Shown here in pieces: positions 16,719 through 26,957 of a DNA stretch of 64,000 nucleotides. Both the position numbers and the translations under genes were made by a program. How positions within the stretch are numbered: position 1 is the first letter of the stretch; each line of letters starts with the position of its first letter. Below the pieces are notes generated by a model, which saw only the letters and a program-made list of their open reading frames with translations, was not told the DNA's origin and ran no database searches. Where the stretch lies: positions 8,062-72,061 of the forward strand of contig CAVQOI010000003.1 of the NCBI GenBank assembly GCA_963714425.1, read 5' to 3'. The DNA is from an uncultured Chloroflexia bacterium. Its GTDB lineage: Bacteria; Chloroflexota; Anaerolineae; Anaerolineales; UBA4823.

Positions 16719-19228
16719 TTGGCCGGCATGGAGCGTTTTACACAGCGGGCGCGCCGCGTGCTCAGCCTGGCTCACCAGGAAGCAGAGCGAATGCGCCATA
16801 ATTACATCGGTACCGAGCATTTGCTCCTGGGTCTTATTCGCGAAGAAGGCGGGGTTGCTGGACGCGTACTGCGTGAGCTGGGCTTGGAGCCCGAGCGTGT
16901 GCAAGAAATTGTGGAAAGATTAACCGGCACAGGACAATCTCGCGGGGGAAAGCTGGACCTGGCCCCCGGTACGCAGCAAGTACTGGAATATGCCGTAGAC
17001 GAAGCCCGCCGGATGGGTCACCACTATATTGGTACAGAGCACCTCCTGCTTGGGTTGGTTCGCTATGGCGAGGGTGTGGCGATGGATGTCTTGCGCAAGC
17101 TGGGTGTGACACCCGAGCAGATCCGCCGCCAGACACGCCGCGTGCTCCAGGAGAGCACAGCCACGCGCCGCACCAGCGTGGGTGAGACACAGAAACCTGC
17201 CAAGAGCGAGGGGCAAAAACCTAAGACTCCTATGGTGGATCAGCTTGCCACCGACCTGACCAGCCTTGCCGAAGAAGAGAAGCTAGACCCGGTCATCGGG
17301 CGGCAGATGGAGATCGAGCGCGTTATCCAGATCCTGGCGCGGCGCACCAAGAACAACCCGGCCCTGATAGGGGAGCCAGGTGTGGGCAAGACCGCAATCG
17401 TCGAAGGACTGGCGCAACGCATCACCGAAGCCGATGTCCCGGTTCCGCTTCTAAATAAGCGTGTCTTACAACTGGATGTTGGATCGCTGGTCGCTGGCAC
17501 CATGTACCGCGGCCAGTTCGAAGAGCGCCTCAAGCGCGTTATCGAGGAGCTGAAGTCTTCCGGCGCCATCCTGTTCATCGACGAGGTGCACATGCTGGTC
17601 GGCGCTGGCGCAGCCGGTTCATCGGTGGATGCCGCTAATATCCTGAAACCTGCCCTGTCACGCGGCGAGCTTCAGGTGATCGGCGCTACCACATTGGATG
17701 AGTACCGCAAGCACATCGAGAGCGACGCAGCACTCGAGCGCCGCTTCCAGCCGATCATGGTCGAGGAGCCTTCCGAAGAAGAGACAATCGAGATTCTGCG
17801 CGGCATCCGCGGCGCCTACGAGGAGCATCACCGCCTGACTATCTCCGACGAAGCTCTCGACGCTGCCGTTCATCTCTCAGCCCGTTACGTCACAGAACGC
17901 TTCCTGCCCGATAAAGCCATCGACTTGATCGATGAATTTTCCTCCCGCGTGCGCATGTACAAGAGCGAGGCTGCGCAGACTGCCAAAGAGATAACTAAAG
18001 AGCTGCGCGAGCTGCGCGCCAACCATGCCATGGCGCTGGAAGATAGCCGTTTCGACGATGCTCAGGATTACCTGGAGCGCCAGGAAGTGATCGAGCGCCA
18101 GCTGGAGCGCATGCGCACTGTTTGGGACCGCTCGAACAGCCCGGTGGTCTCGGCAGAAGATATTGCCGAGGTGGTCTCCATGTGGACGGGTGTGCCGGTC
18201 ATGCAGATCGCCCAGGAAGAATTGCAGCGCCTGCTGGATATGGAAAATGAGATGAGCGGGCATATCGTTGGGCAGGGCGAGGCGATCCAGGCGATCGCCA
18301 AGGCTGTCCGCCGAGCGCGCGCCGGGTTGAAAGACCCGCGCCGACCCATTGGCTCGTTCATTTTCTTAGGACCCACCGGTGTGGGCAAGACCGAGCTGAC
18401 CAAGGCTATGGCTCGCTTCCTGTTTGGTAGCGAAGATGCTCTGATCCAGCTCGACATGTCTGAGTTTATGGAGCGCCACACGGTCAGCCGGCTGGTGGGC
18501 GCGCCTCCCGGATACGTGGGCTACGAAGAGGCCGGGCAGCTCACCGAAGCGCTGCGCCGCGGCCTTACTCGATCGTGGTGTTCGATGAGATCGAGAAAGC
18601 CCATCCCGACGCGCACAACATGCTGCTGCAGATCATGGAGGAAGGGCACCTTTCCGATGCTAAAGGGCACAAGGTGGACTTCCGCAATGCCATCATCGTG
18701 ATGACCTCCAACATCGGCGCCGAGATGATTAAGCGCCAGGGCGGCTTCGGTTTTGAGATGAAGCGCTCAAAGGAGCTGGACGAGAAGCTTACCTATGAGG
18801 ACATGCGCAAAAAGCTGCTGGATGCGCTCAAGCGTGTCTTCCGCCCAGAGTTCATCAACCGCCTGGATTCGGTGATCGTATTCCGCTCGCTGAACAAGGA
18901 AGATATCCAGAAGATCGTGGAGCTGGAGTTGGCGAAGGTCTCGCTGCGCCTGGTGGAGCATGATTTGACTTTGAGTGCCACCGCCGGAGCGTTAGGGATA
19001 CTGGCAGAGCTGGGGTATGACCCGGATATGGGCGCCCGCCCGCTGCGCAGGGTTATCCAGCAAAAGGTCGAGGACCCGCTCTCCGATGGGCTGCTCTCAG
19101 GCGATTTCCAGGATGGCGACGCCATCCGTATCGTCGTCGATGGCGACGATGTCAAGCTCAAGCGCACCAAGCGCAAAAAGAAAGTAGTAGCTGCTCCTCC
19201 GCCCGAAGAGGAATTGGCGGCGGCTTAA
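16719..19228 (+). pseudogene. clpC: ATP-dependent Clp protease ATP-binding subunit ClpC, reading frame broken by a 1-nt deletion near 18561 (possibly a sequencing error)
   Basis: Two ORFs (16719..18701 and 18575..19228) join as ...QLTEALRR|(R/G)[16 protein letters not shown]... Two Clp_N repeats and two AAA+ modules ([16 protein letters not shown]) are present. RBS gaggagg is upstream. Start is TTG 16719 or ATG 16728. Confidence 0.85.
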
Positions 19229-19236
19229 GAACTCCA

Positions 19237-19270
19237 TCCCCCCTTCCCTTAGGAAGGGGGGATTTGATTT
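19237..19270 (+). terminator. hairpin terminator after clpC
   Basis: tccccccttcc ctta ggaagggggga is an 11-bp stem, followed by tttgattt. The hairpin belongs to the CCCCTTCC/GGAAGGGG repeat family. Confidence 0.6.
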
Positions 19271-19276
19271 ATAATC

Positions 19277-19325
19277 CTCGCACTCCGCACCTGAAACATG
19301 GAACTTGGAACCTAGCACCTGGTAC
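19277..19325. repeat. tandem heptamer repeat related to 20-89
   Basis: ctcgcac tccgcac ctgaaac atggaac ttggaac ctagcac ctggtac. Shares the 15-mer cctgaaacatggaac with the window start. Confidence 0.75.
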
Positions 19326-19333
19326 TTTATAAT
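19305..19333 (+). promoter_or_regulatory. sigma70-like promoter TTGGAA-17-TATAAT, probably giving a leaderless radA mRNA
   Basis: TTGGAA at 19305-19310, perfect TATAAT at 19328-19333, 17-nt spacer. The radA ATG (19340) starts 7 nt after the -10 box and has no Shine-Dalgarno. Confidence 0.55.
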
Positions 19334-19339
19334 ATCGAC

Positions 19340-20750
19340 ATGCCCAAAACACACACCCAATTCGTCTGCCAGCAATGCGGTCGCATCACCCCGCAGTACA
19401 TGGGACGCTGCCCGCAATGCAGCTCGTGGAATAGTATGGTCGAGGAGGTGGTGTCTGCGCCCGCCCCCTCCAAACGCCGCCCTGCCCTGGCTGGCCTGGG
19501 AGGGCGCTCCTCCCCGCAGCGTCTTTCTGAGGTCAGCGGCGACGCCGACGAGCGCCTGCCGCTGTCCATTGGCGAGTTTGCCCGCGTGCTGGGCGGCGGG
19601 GTGGTGCCCGGCTCGATCGTGCTCATCGGCGGCGACCCGGGCATCGGCAAGTCCACCCTGCTGCTGCAGGTAGCCCTGGAGAGCGCCCATGATAGCCGCG
19701 TGCTGTACGTTTCGGGGGAGGAGTCTGAGCGGCAGATCAAGATGCGCGCTGCGCGCCTTCTCAAGGACACGGAAGACCGCTCTTTCCCCGACGATCTCTT
19801 CCTGGTCACTGAGACCGACCTGGCCGCCATCCTGGGGCACGTCAGCGAGCTGCAGCCTGCGCTGCTGGTGGTCGATTTCGATCCAGACCACCTCTCTTTC
19901 CGAGCTGGAGTCGTCGGCGGGCTCGGTTTCGCAGGTGCGTGAGTGCGCCTCACGCTTGCGCGAGCTGGCCAAGTCCTCGGGCATTGCCATCTTTCTCATC
20001 GGGCACGTAACGAAGGAGGGGACCATCGCCGGGCCGCGCGTCCTGGAGCACATCGTGGATACCGTGCTGTACCTGGAGGGCGACCGCTTCCAATCCTACC
20101 GGCTGTTGCGCTCGGTCAAGAACCGCTTTGGGGCCACCTCCGAGGTGGGCGTGTTCGAGATGAGCGAGCGCGGTATGGCTGAGGTGCCCAATCCTTCGGA
20201 GGCTTTCCTGGCGGAGCGCTTGGTCAACGCCCCCGGCTCAGCGATTGCTGTGACCATGGAGGGCACGTGCCCGCTGCTGGTGGAAATCCAGGGGCTTACC
20301 AGCCCAACATCCTTTGGCAATCCGCGCCGCACGCCCAACGGCATCGACTTCAACCGCCTGCTGCTGGTGGCGGCGGTGCTCACCCGCCGCATGGGCATAC
20401 GCCTGGGCGAGCAGGATGTGTTTATCAATGTGGTGGGCGGTTTGCAGGTGGACGAGCCCGCCGCCGACCTGGCGGTTGCAGCCGCCATCACCTCCTCGGC
20501 GCGTAATATCGCCGTGCGCGCCGACACGGTGCTGATCGGCGAGGTGGGTCTCTCCGGCGAGCTGCGCATGGTGGGGCACATGCCGGCGCGCCTGCGCGAG
20601 GCCGCCAACCTGGGCTTCAAGACAGCCGTGGTGCCGCGCAGGATGCGCCAGGGCGAGCCCTGGCCCTCAGGCTTGCAGGTGCTGGAAGCGCGCTCGCTCA
20701 AGCAGGCGCTGGAGATGGCGTTTTTGGGGGGGGAAGAGAGTGGGGAGTAG
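19340..20750 (+). pseudogene. radA: DNA repair protein RadA/Sms, reading frame broken by a 1-nt insertion in a TTT run at 19876-19878 (possibly a sequencing error)
   Basis: The N-terminal zinc ribbon (CQQCG...CPQC), the Walker A motif (GGDPGIGKST) and a Lon-like C-terminal domain are all present. The frames join as ...LLVVD|SIQTTSLSELESSAGSVSQVRE (KNRFG follows). Confidence 0.85.
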
Positions 20751-20776
20751 TAATTTGCTTTATCAGAAATAAGGGT

Positions 20777-21034
20777 ATGAAAGAAGAATATGACTCTACC
20801 CAAGGCAAACGTGGGCCGATAGAACCCAGCCCGATGGGCAAAACTCGCATTACCATCCGCCTGGATAATGATCTCCTGGATTCGTTTCGGAATGAGGTTG
20901 ATCTCATGGGCGGTGGGAATTACCAGACCTTGATTAATGACGCTCTTCGGGAGTACGTCCACCAGCATAAAGAGCCGTTGGAAGAGATCCTCCGCCGGAT
21001 AGTGCGTGAGGAGCGCGGTCAATACAGTAAATAA
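20777..21034 (+). CDS. BrnA-family antitoxin-like protein (orphan, no BrnT seen)
   Basis: KTRITIRLDNDLLDSFRNEV..GGNYQTLINDALREYV matches the BrnA/CopG-like pattern. Confidence 0.65.
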   Translation: MKEEYDSTQGKRGPIEPSPMGKTRITIRLDNDLLDSFRNEVDLMGGGNYQTLINDALREYVHQHKEPLEEILRRIVREERGQYSK

Positions 21035-21226
21035 TTTGCCCAGAAGTTATGTTTAATGGATGATCCGGCCGCGGTTTATTCCATGTACCCGCTATCGACT
21101 GCGGGGAACTGTAGCATGAGACGGATGTGAAAGGAGTCCGCGTCTGCTAATGCTTGGCAGGGTTAATTTGTTTAATCTCGACTGAAGCGAGCGAATATTA
21201 CGGATACATGAATGAAGGGATGACCA

Positions 21227-21970
21227 ATGCAATTATCTGCGCAAGCCTGGATGGAAATTTCGTTCAACATAGCTTATCTGCTCGCGATATGGGGGCTGGT
21301 TGCCGCTATGCAGCTCCGCAACCGCCAGCTTGGAACGCGCCAGCGCCGGCTCAGGGCGATGTTTATCGCCGCGTTTGCTCTGCTGGCGTTGGGTGACACC
21401 GGGCACGTGGGCTTTCGCGTGCTCGCCTACTTTCAGGGGGCTTCGCTTTCTGCCAACCTGGCTGGGGACGGGCTTGGACTGGTTGGTCTGGGCGCCCTGG
21501 CGACTGCCGTCACGGTGACCTTCTTTTACGCGATCATGCTCCTGATCTGGCAGCAGCGCTTTAGCAGACCCCTGGGCTGGCTGGGATGGTTGCTCATCCT
21601 CTCAGCTGTGCTGCGGCTGGCGCTGATGCTCTTCCCCGAAAATCAATGGAATAACACCATCCCGCCACAGCCCTGGTCGCTGTACCGCAACCTGCCGCTG
21701 GTGATCCAGGGGTTGGGAGTAGCTTATCTCATCCTGCGCGACGCAAGGTCGAGCGGCGACCATGCGTTCCAATGGATCGGCATGATGGTCCTGGTTTCTT
21801 TTGCCTTCTACCTGCCTGTGATCCTGTGGGTACAGCGCCTGCCGGCTATCGGCATGTTGATGATCCCAAAGACCCTGGCATATGTCGCCATTGCGGTGAT
21901 CGCATACCGCAACCTCTTTCTCGCCCCACAGCGACCTGGCATCGCAGCGCCTGTTCAATCTGAGATCTGA
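21227..21970 (+). CDS. hypothetical polytopic membrane protein (about 7 TM)
   Basis: Seven hydrophobic segments. No recognisable family motif. Confidence 0.55.
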   Translation: MQLSAQAWMEISFNIAYLLAIWGLVAAMQLRNRQLGTRQRRLRAMFIAAFALLALGDTGHVGFRVLAYFQGASLSANLAGDGLGLVGLGALATAVTVTFFYAIMLLIWQQRFSRPLGWLGWLLILSAVLRLALMLFPENQWNNTIPPQPWSLYRNLPLVIQGLGVAYLILRDARSSGDHAFQWIGMMVLVSFAFYLPVILWVQRLPAIGMLMIPKTLAYVAIAVIAYRNLFLAPQRPGIAAPVQSEI

Positions 21971-21997
21971 TCGAGCGTAAAGCGGATTGTCGATCGA

Positions 21998-22915
21998 ATG
22001 TCCCTGGATATTGTTACCGGCTCCTTCGGCTACATCGGGCGGGCCATCACACGCCAATTGCTGGATTCCGGCAGGCAGGTGCGCACCGTCACCGCCCATC
22101 CGGGCAAGCCCAGCCCTTTTGGCGACAGGGTCGATGCACACCTCTTCAACTTCGATAAGCCAGAGCGGCTGGTTGCTTCCTTGCAAGGCGCAGAGACGCT
22201 CTACAATACCTACTGGATCCGCTTCCCGTACGGCGGGGCGACCTTCGAGGGCGCTGTCCAGAACACGAAGATATTGTTCGACTGCGCCCGGCGCGCCGGG
22301 GTGCGCAAGATTGTGCACATCAGCGTCACCCAGGCCTCCGAGTCATCCCCATTACCCTATTACCGCGGCAAGGCGCAGCAAGAGCAAGCGCTGATTGAAA
22401 CAGGCGTCGAGTACGCCATCGTCAGGCCGACGCTGGTCTTCGGGCAGGGCGATATCCTGGTCAACAACATGGCCTGGCTGCTGCGCCGCTTCCCACTCTT
22501 CCCCATCTTCGGCTCGCGGGAGTATACCCTGCAGCCTGTGCATGTGGATGACGTCGCCGCCCTGGCGATCGCCAGCACTGCAGCCGGAGGACGTCAGGTG
22601 CTGGACGCTGCCGGCCCGGAGACATTTACCTTTGAAGCTTTTATCCGTTTGATGGCGTCTGCCTTGGGAAGCCCCTCCATGCTTGTCCACCTCCCGCCGG
22701 GTTTGGGTATCACCCTGGGCAGGCTCATCGGCTTGTTCATCGGCGATGTGATCTTGACCCGCGACGAGCTGGAGGGGCTGATGGCGAGCCTTCTGGTCTC
22801 ATCCGATCCACCTTTAGGAAAGACGCTCTTTTCGGAGTGGCTGCGCCGGCAGGCAGACAATCTGGGGAAGGAGTACGCTTCGGAGTTGCGCAGGCATTTT
22901 CGTTGGAAGCCGTGA
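21998..22915 (+). CDS. NAD(P)H-binding SDR-family protein (NmrA/atypical SDR-like)
   Basis: N-terminal VTGSFGYIGRAI Rossmann motif. 305 aa. Confidence 0.75.
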   Translation: MSLDIVTGSFGYIGRAITRQLLDSGRQVRTVTAHPGKPSPFGDRVDAHLFNFDKPERLVASLQGAETLYNTYWIRFPYGGATFEGAVQNTKILFDCARRAGVRKIVHISVTQASESSPLPYYRGKAQQEQALIETGVEYAIVRPTLVFGQGDILVNNMAWLLRRFPLFPIFGSREYTLQPVHVDDVAALAIASTAAGGRQVLDAAGPETFTFEAFIRLMASALGSPSMLVHLPPGLGITLGRLIGLFIGDVILTRDELEGLMASLLVSSDPPLGKTLFSEWLRRQADNLGKEYASELRRHFRWKP

Positions 22916-23006
22916 TCCGCCAGCACCTGGCGCGTTTGACCGAGGAGCAGAAGCCTTCTATAATGAAGACGAACGGGAGGGGTATAGCCGGAAAGGAGAT
23001 AATCAT

Positions 23007-23309
23007 ATGAGTCCTGATTTAAACAACAGCGGTCCTGACAGCAAGCCGGCGAGCATGCTCGGAGCATGGATCGCCATCGGGGCGGGACTGGGGGTTGCCC
23101 TGGGAGTTGTCTTCGACAGCATTGCGCTGGGGATCGCCATGGGAGTATCCATTGGCGTGGCGATTGGGGCCAGCGTAGATCGCTCCCGCAAGACTGAGGG
23201 TGAGCAAATATCCGGGGGAGGACAGCGCCTCCTCTATGTTGGATTGGGTTTGGGGCTGCTCGTCGGTCTTGTTGTCCTGGTTGCTTTCTTGCTACTGAAG
23301 GCAAGTTAA
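23007..23309 (+). CDS. small glycine-zipper membrane protein
   Basis: GAWIAIGAGLGVALGVVF..GIAMGVSIGVAIGASV plus a C-terminal TM. RBS ggaaaggag is upstream. Confidence 0.5.
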   Translation: MSPDLNNSGPDSKPASMLGAWIAIGAGLGVALGVVFDSIALGIAMGVSIGVAIGASVDRSRKTEGEQISGGGQRLLYVGLGLGLLVGLVVLVAFLLLKAS

Positions 23310-23335
23310 CACCTTCCGCTGCCAAGGTCTGTCAG

Positions 23336-24163
23336 ATGAGCGCGATGGCGTCTGCACCTAAAGAAAAAATTCACCTCAAAGCAGAGCAGGAGACCCTGCT
23401 CATCACCTTGTATTCCAAGGCAGTAAATGTCCCGGCTGGGCTCCCCCGTGGCTCCAAAGCCCGCCAGATCCTCGAGCAGCTCGAGTATGATTTCTCTGCC
23501 TTGCGCGTCCCGCTGGGGACGCGGCTGACGGTCTGCCTGCGCGCCATGAAGCTGGATGATATCGCCCGGGACTTTCTGCATGATCTCCCAGATTGTGTGG
23601 TGCTCCATCTTGGCTGTGGCCTGGACAACCGCTTCCAGCGTGTGGACAACGGCCGCGTCGAATGGTACGACCTGGATCTTCCGGACGTCATCGCTCTGCG
23701 CCGCCGTTTCTACGAGGAGTGCGAACGCTGCCACATGATCGCTTCGTCGGTCACCGATCTTGAGTGGACCCGCTTTGTCTCGGCTCAGGGGCGTCCTGTA
23801 CTGGTGATCGCCGAGGGGTTACTGATGTACTTGGAAGAGCCAGATATAAAAGCCTTGCTGCTTAAGCTGCAAGCTGAATACCCGGGATGCTCCCTGGCTT
23901 TCGACGCCTACAGCCCGCAGGTGGTGCGGCGCATCTCAGCGCACCCATCCATCCAGCGCACAGGGGCGACCATCCAGTGGGGGATCGATGACGCCAGACA
24001 GATCGAAGCCTGGGGCGAGGGCATTCGCTTGAATGAGGAGTGGTATTTCGACCAATCCCAGGCCATCGCTCGACTGGCTTTCGGCTACCGCTTGGTGTTT
24101 GCCCTCGCTGCTCTCTTCCCAGCCGCCCGCAAAGCGCACCGCATTCTGCATTTTAACCTCTAA
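23336..24163 (+). CDS. class I SAM-dependent methyltransferase, TcmP/LCM-like O-methyltransferase family
   Basis: VVLHLGCGLDNRFQRV...WYDLDLPDVIALRRRF pattern typical of the tetracenomycin TcmP-like family (from memory). Confidence 0.7.
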   Translation: MSAMASAPKEKIHLKAEQETLLITLYSKAVNVPAGLPRGSKARQILEQLEYDFSALRVPLGTRLTVCLRAMKLDDIARDFLHDLPDCVVLHLGCGLDNRFQRVDNGRVEWYDLDLPDVIALRRRFYEECERCHMIASSVTDLEWTRFVSAQGRPVLVIAEGLLMYLEEPDIKALLLKLQAEYPGCSLAFDAYSPQVVRRISAHPSIQRTGATIQWGIDDARQIEAWGEGIRLNEEWYFDQSQAIARLAFGYRLVFALAALFPAARKAHRILHFNL

Positions 24164-24287
24164 GCAATCTCCGCGTCCTGGTGGTCTGGGGGGCGATGGA
24201 TTTACGTTTGTAACCATTTGTCGGGTCAAGCGTAGACCATAGCGGGGCTGACTGATAGATCATACGGGCAATGCATACCTTGAGGAG

Positions 24288-25166
24288 ATGGATATGAACA
24301 AATATCTCGGTTTATTTTTGGCTTTGTTGCTGGGTTTCTCCATGGCATGCCGCCTGGTCACGGCCCCTTTGGAGTCAGTCGGCGTCCTGCGCGGTTCGGG
24401 CGAGATCGTGCGTGAGACCCGCCAGGTTAGCGGGTTCGATGAGATCGACGTTTGCTGTGGCATGCAGCTCACCCTCACCCAGGGCGATACAGAGTCTCTC
24501 GAGATCGAAGCAGACGACAACCTGCTGCCTGAGATCCTCTCCTCGGTAACGGCTGACAAGCTGGCCATCCGCTTCAGAGATGAAATCGGCAGTGCGCGAT
24601 ACCTGCCCAGCCAGCCGGTACGATTGCGGATCAGCGCACGAGACATCCAGAGCCTGGATATCTCTGGAGGCGGCAGCCTGAGAGCGACAAACATCGAGAC
24701 TAACAGCCTGAGCATTGGGCTGAGCGGTGGCAGCCGTGCAGCTCTCGGCCGTGTCGCAGCAAATTCTCTGGATGTGGGTATATCCGGCGGCGGGGAGTTC
24801 TCTGCTCAGGTGCTCTCACTCTCCAGCCTCGACCTCGGCTTGAGCGGTGGGAGTAGAGTCACCATCGACTCGATGACTGCCGATACCCTGTCTCTGGGAG
24901 CCAGCGGGGGTGGTAAGTTGACCGTCAACGGCAGCCTCCGTGAGGAAGACATCAGCTGGAGCGGCGGCGGAAGCTACCTGGCGGGAGACCTGGAGAGCGA
25001 AACCGCCTCCATCTCCATGTCAGGTGGCGGGGAAGCCTGGTTGTGGGTGACCAACTCACTCATAGTAGACCTGAGCGGTGGGGCGCAGGTCGCATATTAT
25101 GGCAGACCGTTGATCGAGCAGAGCCTTACTGGCGGCAGTACCCTGGATAGTCTGGGTGAGCGTTAA
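24288..25166 (+). CDS. DUF2807 (GIN-domain, adhesin-head-like) lipoprotein
   Basis: Signal peptide + Cys (LLLGFSMAC). Repeated (L/I)SGGGS beta-helix-like units. GFDEIDV start motif. Confidence 0.7.
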   Translation: MDMNKYLGLFLALLLGFSMACRLVTAPLESVGVLRGSGEIVRETRQVSGFDEIDVCCGMQLTLTQGDTESLEIEADDNLLPEILSSVTADKLAIRFRDEIGSARYLPSQPVRLRISARDIQSLDISGGGSLRATNIETNSLSIGLSGGSRAALGRVAANSLDVGISGGGEFSAQVLSLSSLDLGLSGGSRVTIDSMTADTLSLGASGGGKLTVNGSLREEDISWSGGGSYLAGDLESETASISMSGGGEAWLWVTNSLIVDLSGGAQVAYYGRPLIEQSLTGGSTLDSLGER

Positions 25167-25357
25167 GAAATTTGGGTTAGGTGGACGGCAACGCCGCCTA
25201 CCTATCTAGGACTATAGTCCTCATTGACGTTTCGTGGGGGAATGTAATACAATTGCAACTATTCTATAATGATCTAAATTATCTGAATTCTCCCCTCGGG
25301 GCAGAATTCTGATTTGGATTTAGACATCGCAAACATCATCACAGGAGCAGCCCCTTT

Positions 25358-26827
25358 ATGACCTCTATTCCAAAATCAACCCAGATCCTCGTCATCGGCG
25401 GTGGACCTGGAGGATCTACGGCCGCCACATTGCTTGCCCGCCAGGGGCTCAATGTTGTCGTGCTTGAGCAAGCCCGTTTTCCGCGTTACCACATTGGTGA
25501 ATCATTATTGCCCTCCGTACTTCCGGTGCTCGACCTGTTGGGGGCGCGCGAAAAATTCGAAGCCCACGGGTTCGTACGCAAACAGGGCGCCTTCCTGGAG
25601 TGGGGGCGCGAGCGCTGGCCTCTCAACTTCGGCGAGCTGAGCGGCAGCTCCACGTATGCTTTCCAGGTCGTACGCTCCGAATTTGACCAGCTGCTTCTAG
25701 ACCATTCCCGCAGCCAGGGCGCCCAGGCATTTGAAGGCGTCGAAGTGCGCAGCATCACGTTCGACGGTCCCCGTCCGGTGTCCGCAAACTGGCGCAGGGT
25801 AGGCGAGAATGGTCATGCGCCGGAAGAGGGTGAGATCGCCTTCGAGCACCTGATCGATGCCTCCGGGCGCAACAGCTTGATGGCAACCCGCTACCTGCGC
25901 AACCGTAACTATCACAAGATCTTTCAAAACGTCGCCCTTTGGGCTTACTGGGAGGGCGCAGACCGGCTAGCAACGGGTAGAGAGGGAGATATTGCCGTCA
26001 GCTCGATCGCCGATGGCTGGCTTTGGGCTATCCCGCTGCATGACGGCACGATGAGCGTGGGCGTGGTGATGCACAAGGATACATTAACCGAGAGGCGGGC
26101 CGAGGGGCTGGAAGCGATCTACCAGCAGGCGATCGACAACTCTCCCCTGGTGAAAAAGATCTTGCGCTCGGCGGAGTGTGTCTCCTCCATCCACACAGAG
26201 ACCGATTACTCTTATGCATCGGAAAAATTCTGTGGACCGGGATACTTCCTGGTGGGGGATGCTGCCTGTTTCCTGGATCCGCTGCTCTCCAGCGGTGTAC
26301 ATTTGGCGACCTTCAGCGCCATGCTGGCAGCTGCCAGCCTCTCCAGCCTGTATCACGGGGAGGTGGGCGAGCAAGAGATGGGCGCTTTCTACGAAACCAG
26401 CTATCGTCAGGCCTACCTGCGCTTCCTGGTTTTCCTCTCGGCTTTCTACGACGTGGGTCGTCCAAAAGAGTCCTATTTCTGGGAGGCGCAGCGTGTCACC
26501 CAGGAGGAGGTGAGCGCCAGCGAGTTAAAGCGCGCCTTCCTCAAGCTGGTGACGGGTCTTAAGGATATGAGCGACGCTTCCACCTCCGAGGCGCGCCATT
26601 ACGTCCTGAATGAGATGACCCGTAGGGTGGATGAGAACCTGAAATTCCGCAAGGACAAGATGGCCCTGGCATCCCTGGAGGGCGAGCAAGAGGCGGCGGC
26701 GCGAGCCAATGCGCGCTTCTTCACTTCGGTGGAAGGGATGTTCTCGTTGGACCAAGAGGATGCTGTCGAAGGGCTGTATGTCGTCACGGAGCCGCGGCTC
26801 AGACTGGAGCGCGTTCCACGGGGATAA
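25358..26827 (+). CDS. flavin-dependent halogenase family protein
   Basis: GGGPGGS FAD motif. GWLWAIPL (the WxWxIP halogenase hallmark). FVRKQGAFLEW carries the candidate catalytic Lys. GDAACFLDPLLSSGVH. Confidence 0.75.
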   Translation: MTSIPKSTQILVIGGGPGGSTAATLLARQGLNVVVLEQARFPRYHIGESLLPSVLPVLDLLGAREKFEAHGFVRKQGAFLEWGRERWPLNFGELSGSSTYAFQVVRSEFDQLLLDHSRSQGAQAFEGVEVRSITFDGPRPVSANWRRVGENGHAPEEGEIAFEHLIDASGRNSLMATRYLRNRNYHKIFQNVALWAYWEGADRLATGREGDIAVSSIADGWLWAIPLHDGTMSVGVVMHKDTLTERRAEGLEAIYQQAIDNSPLVKKILRSAECVSSIHTETDYSYASEKFCGPGYFLVGDAACFLDPLLSSGVHLATFSAMLAAASLSSLYHGEVGEQEMGAFYETSYRQAYLRFLVFLSAFYDVGRPKESYFWEAQRVTQEEVSASELKRAFLKLVTGLKDMSDASTSEARHYVLNEMTRRVDENLKFRKDKMALASLEGEQEAAARANARFFTSVEGMFSLDQEDAVEGLYVVTEPRLRLERVPRG

Positions 26828-26957
26828 CGCCTCATCGTGAGGGGAAATCGAAGTCCACTCTTTCCCGGCACGCGCTGGGATTTGTTGTCCTATTGCAGCC
26901 GAGTGCTGAATTGAGTATACTTGCTTCTGAGCCCGGAAGGCGGGCTCAGGCAAGCCA

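Noticed and set aside
19097-21022. Long minus-strand ORFs 19097..20053 and 20096..21022
   Set aside because: They are antisense shadows of radA and the clpC end, with no recognisable motifs. The radA reading on the plus strand is unambiguous.
21227-21970. A 7-TM, ~247-aa protein with a Lys in the last helix (MLMIPKTLAYV), considered as a possible microbial rhodopsin or heliorhodopsin
   Set aside because: It has no RYxDW / DTE / NDQ-type helix-3 motif and no heliorhodopsin-like extended loop. The similarity is limited to topology and one Lys, which is insufficient evidence.
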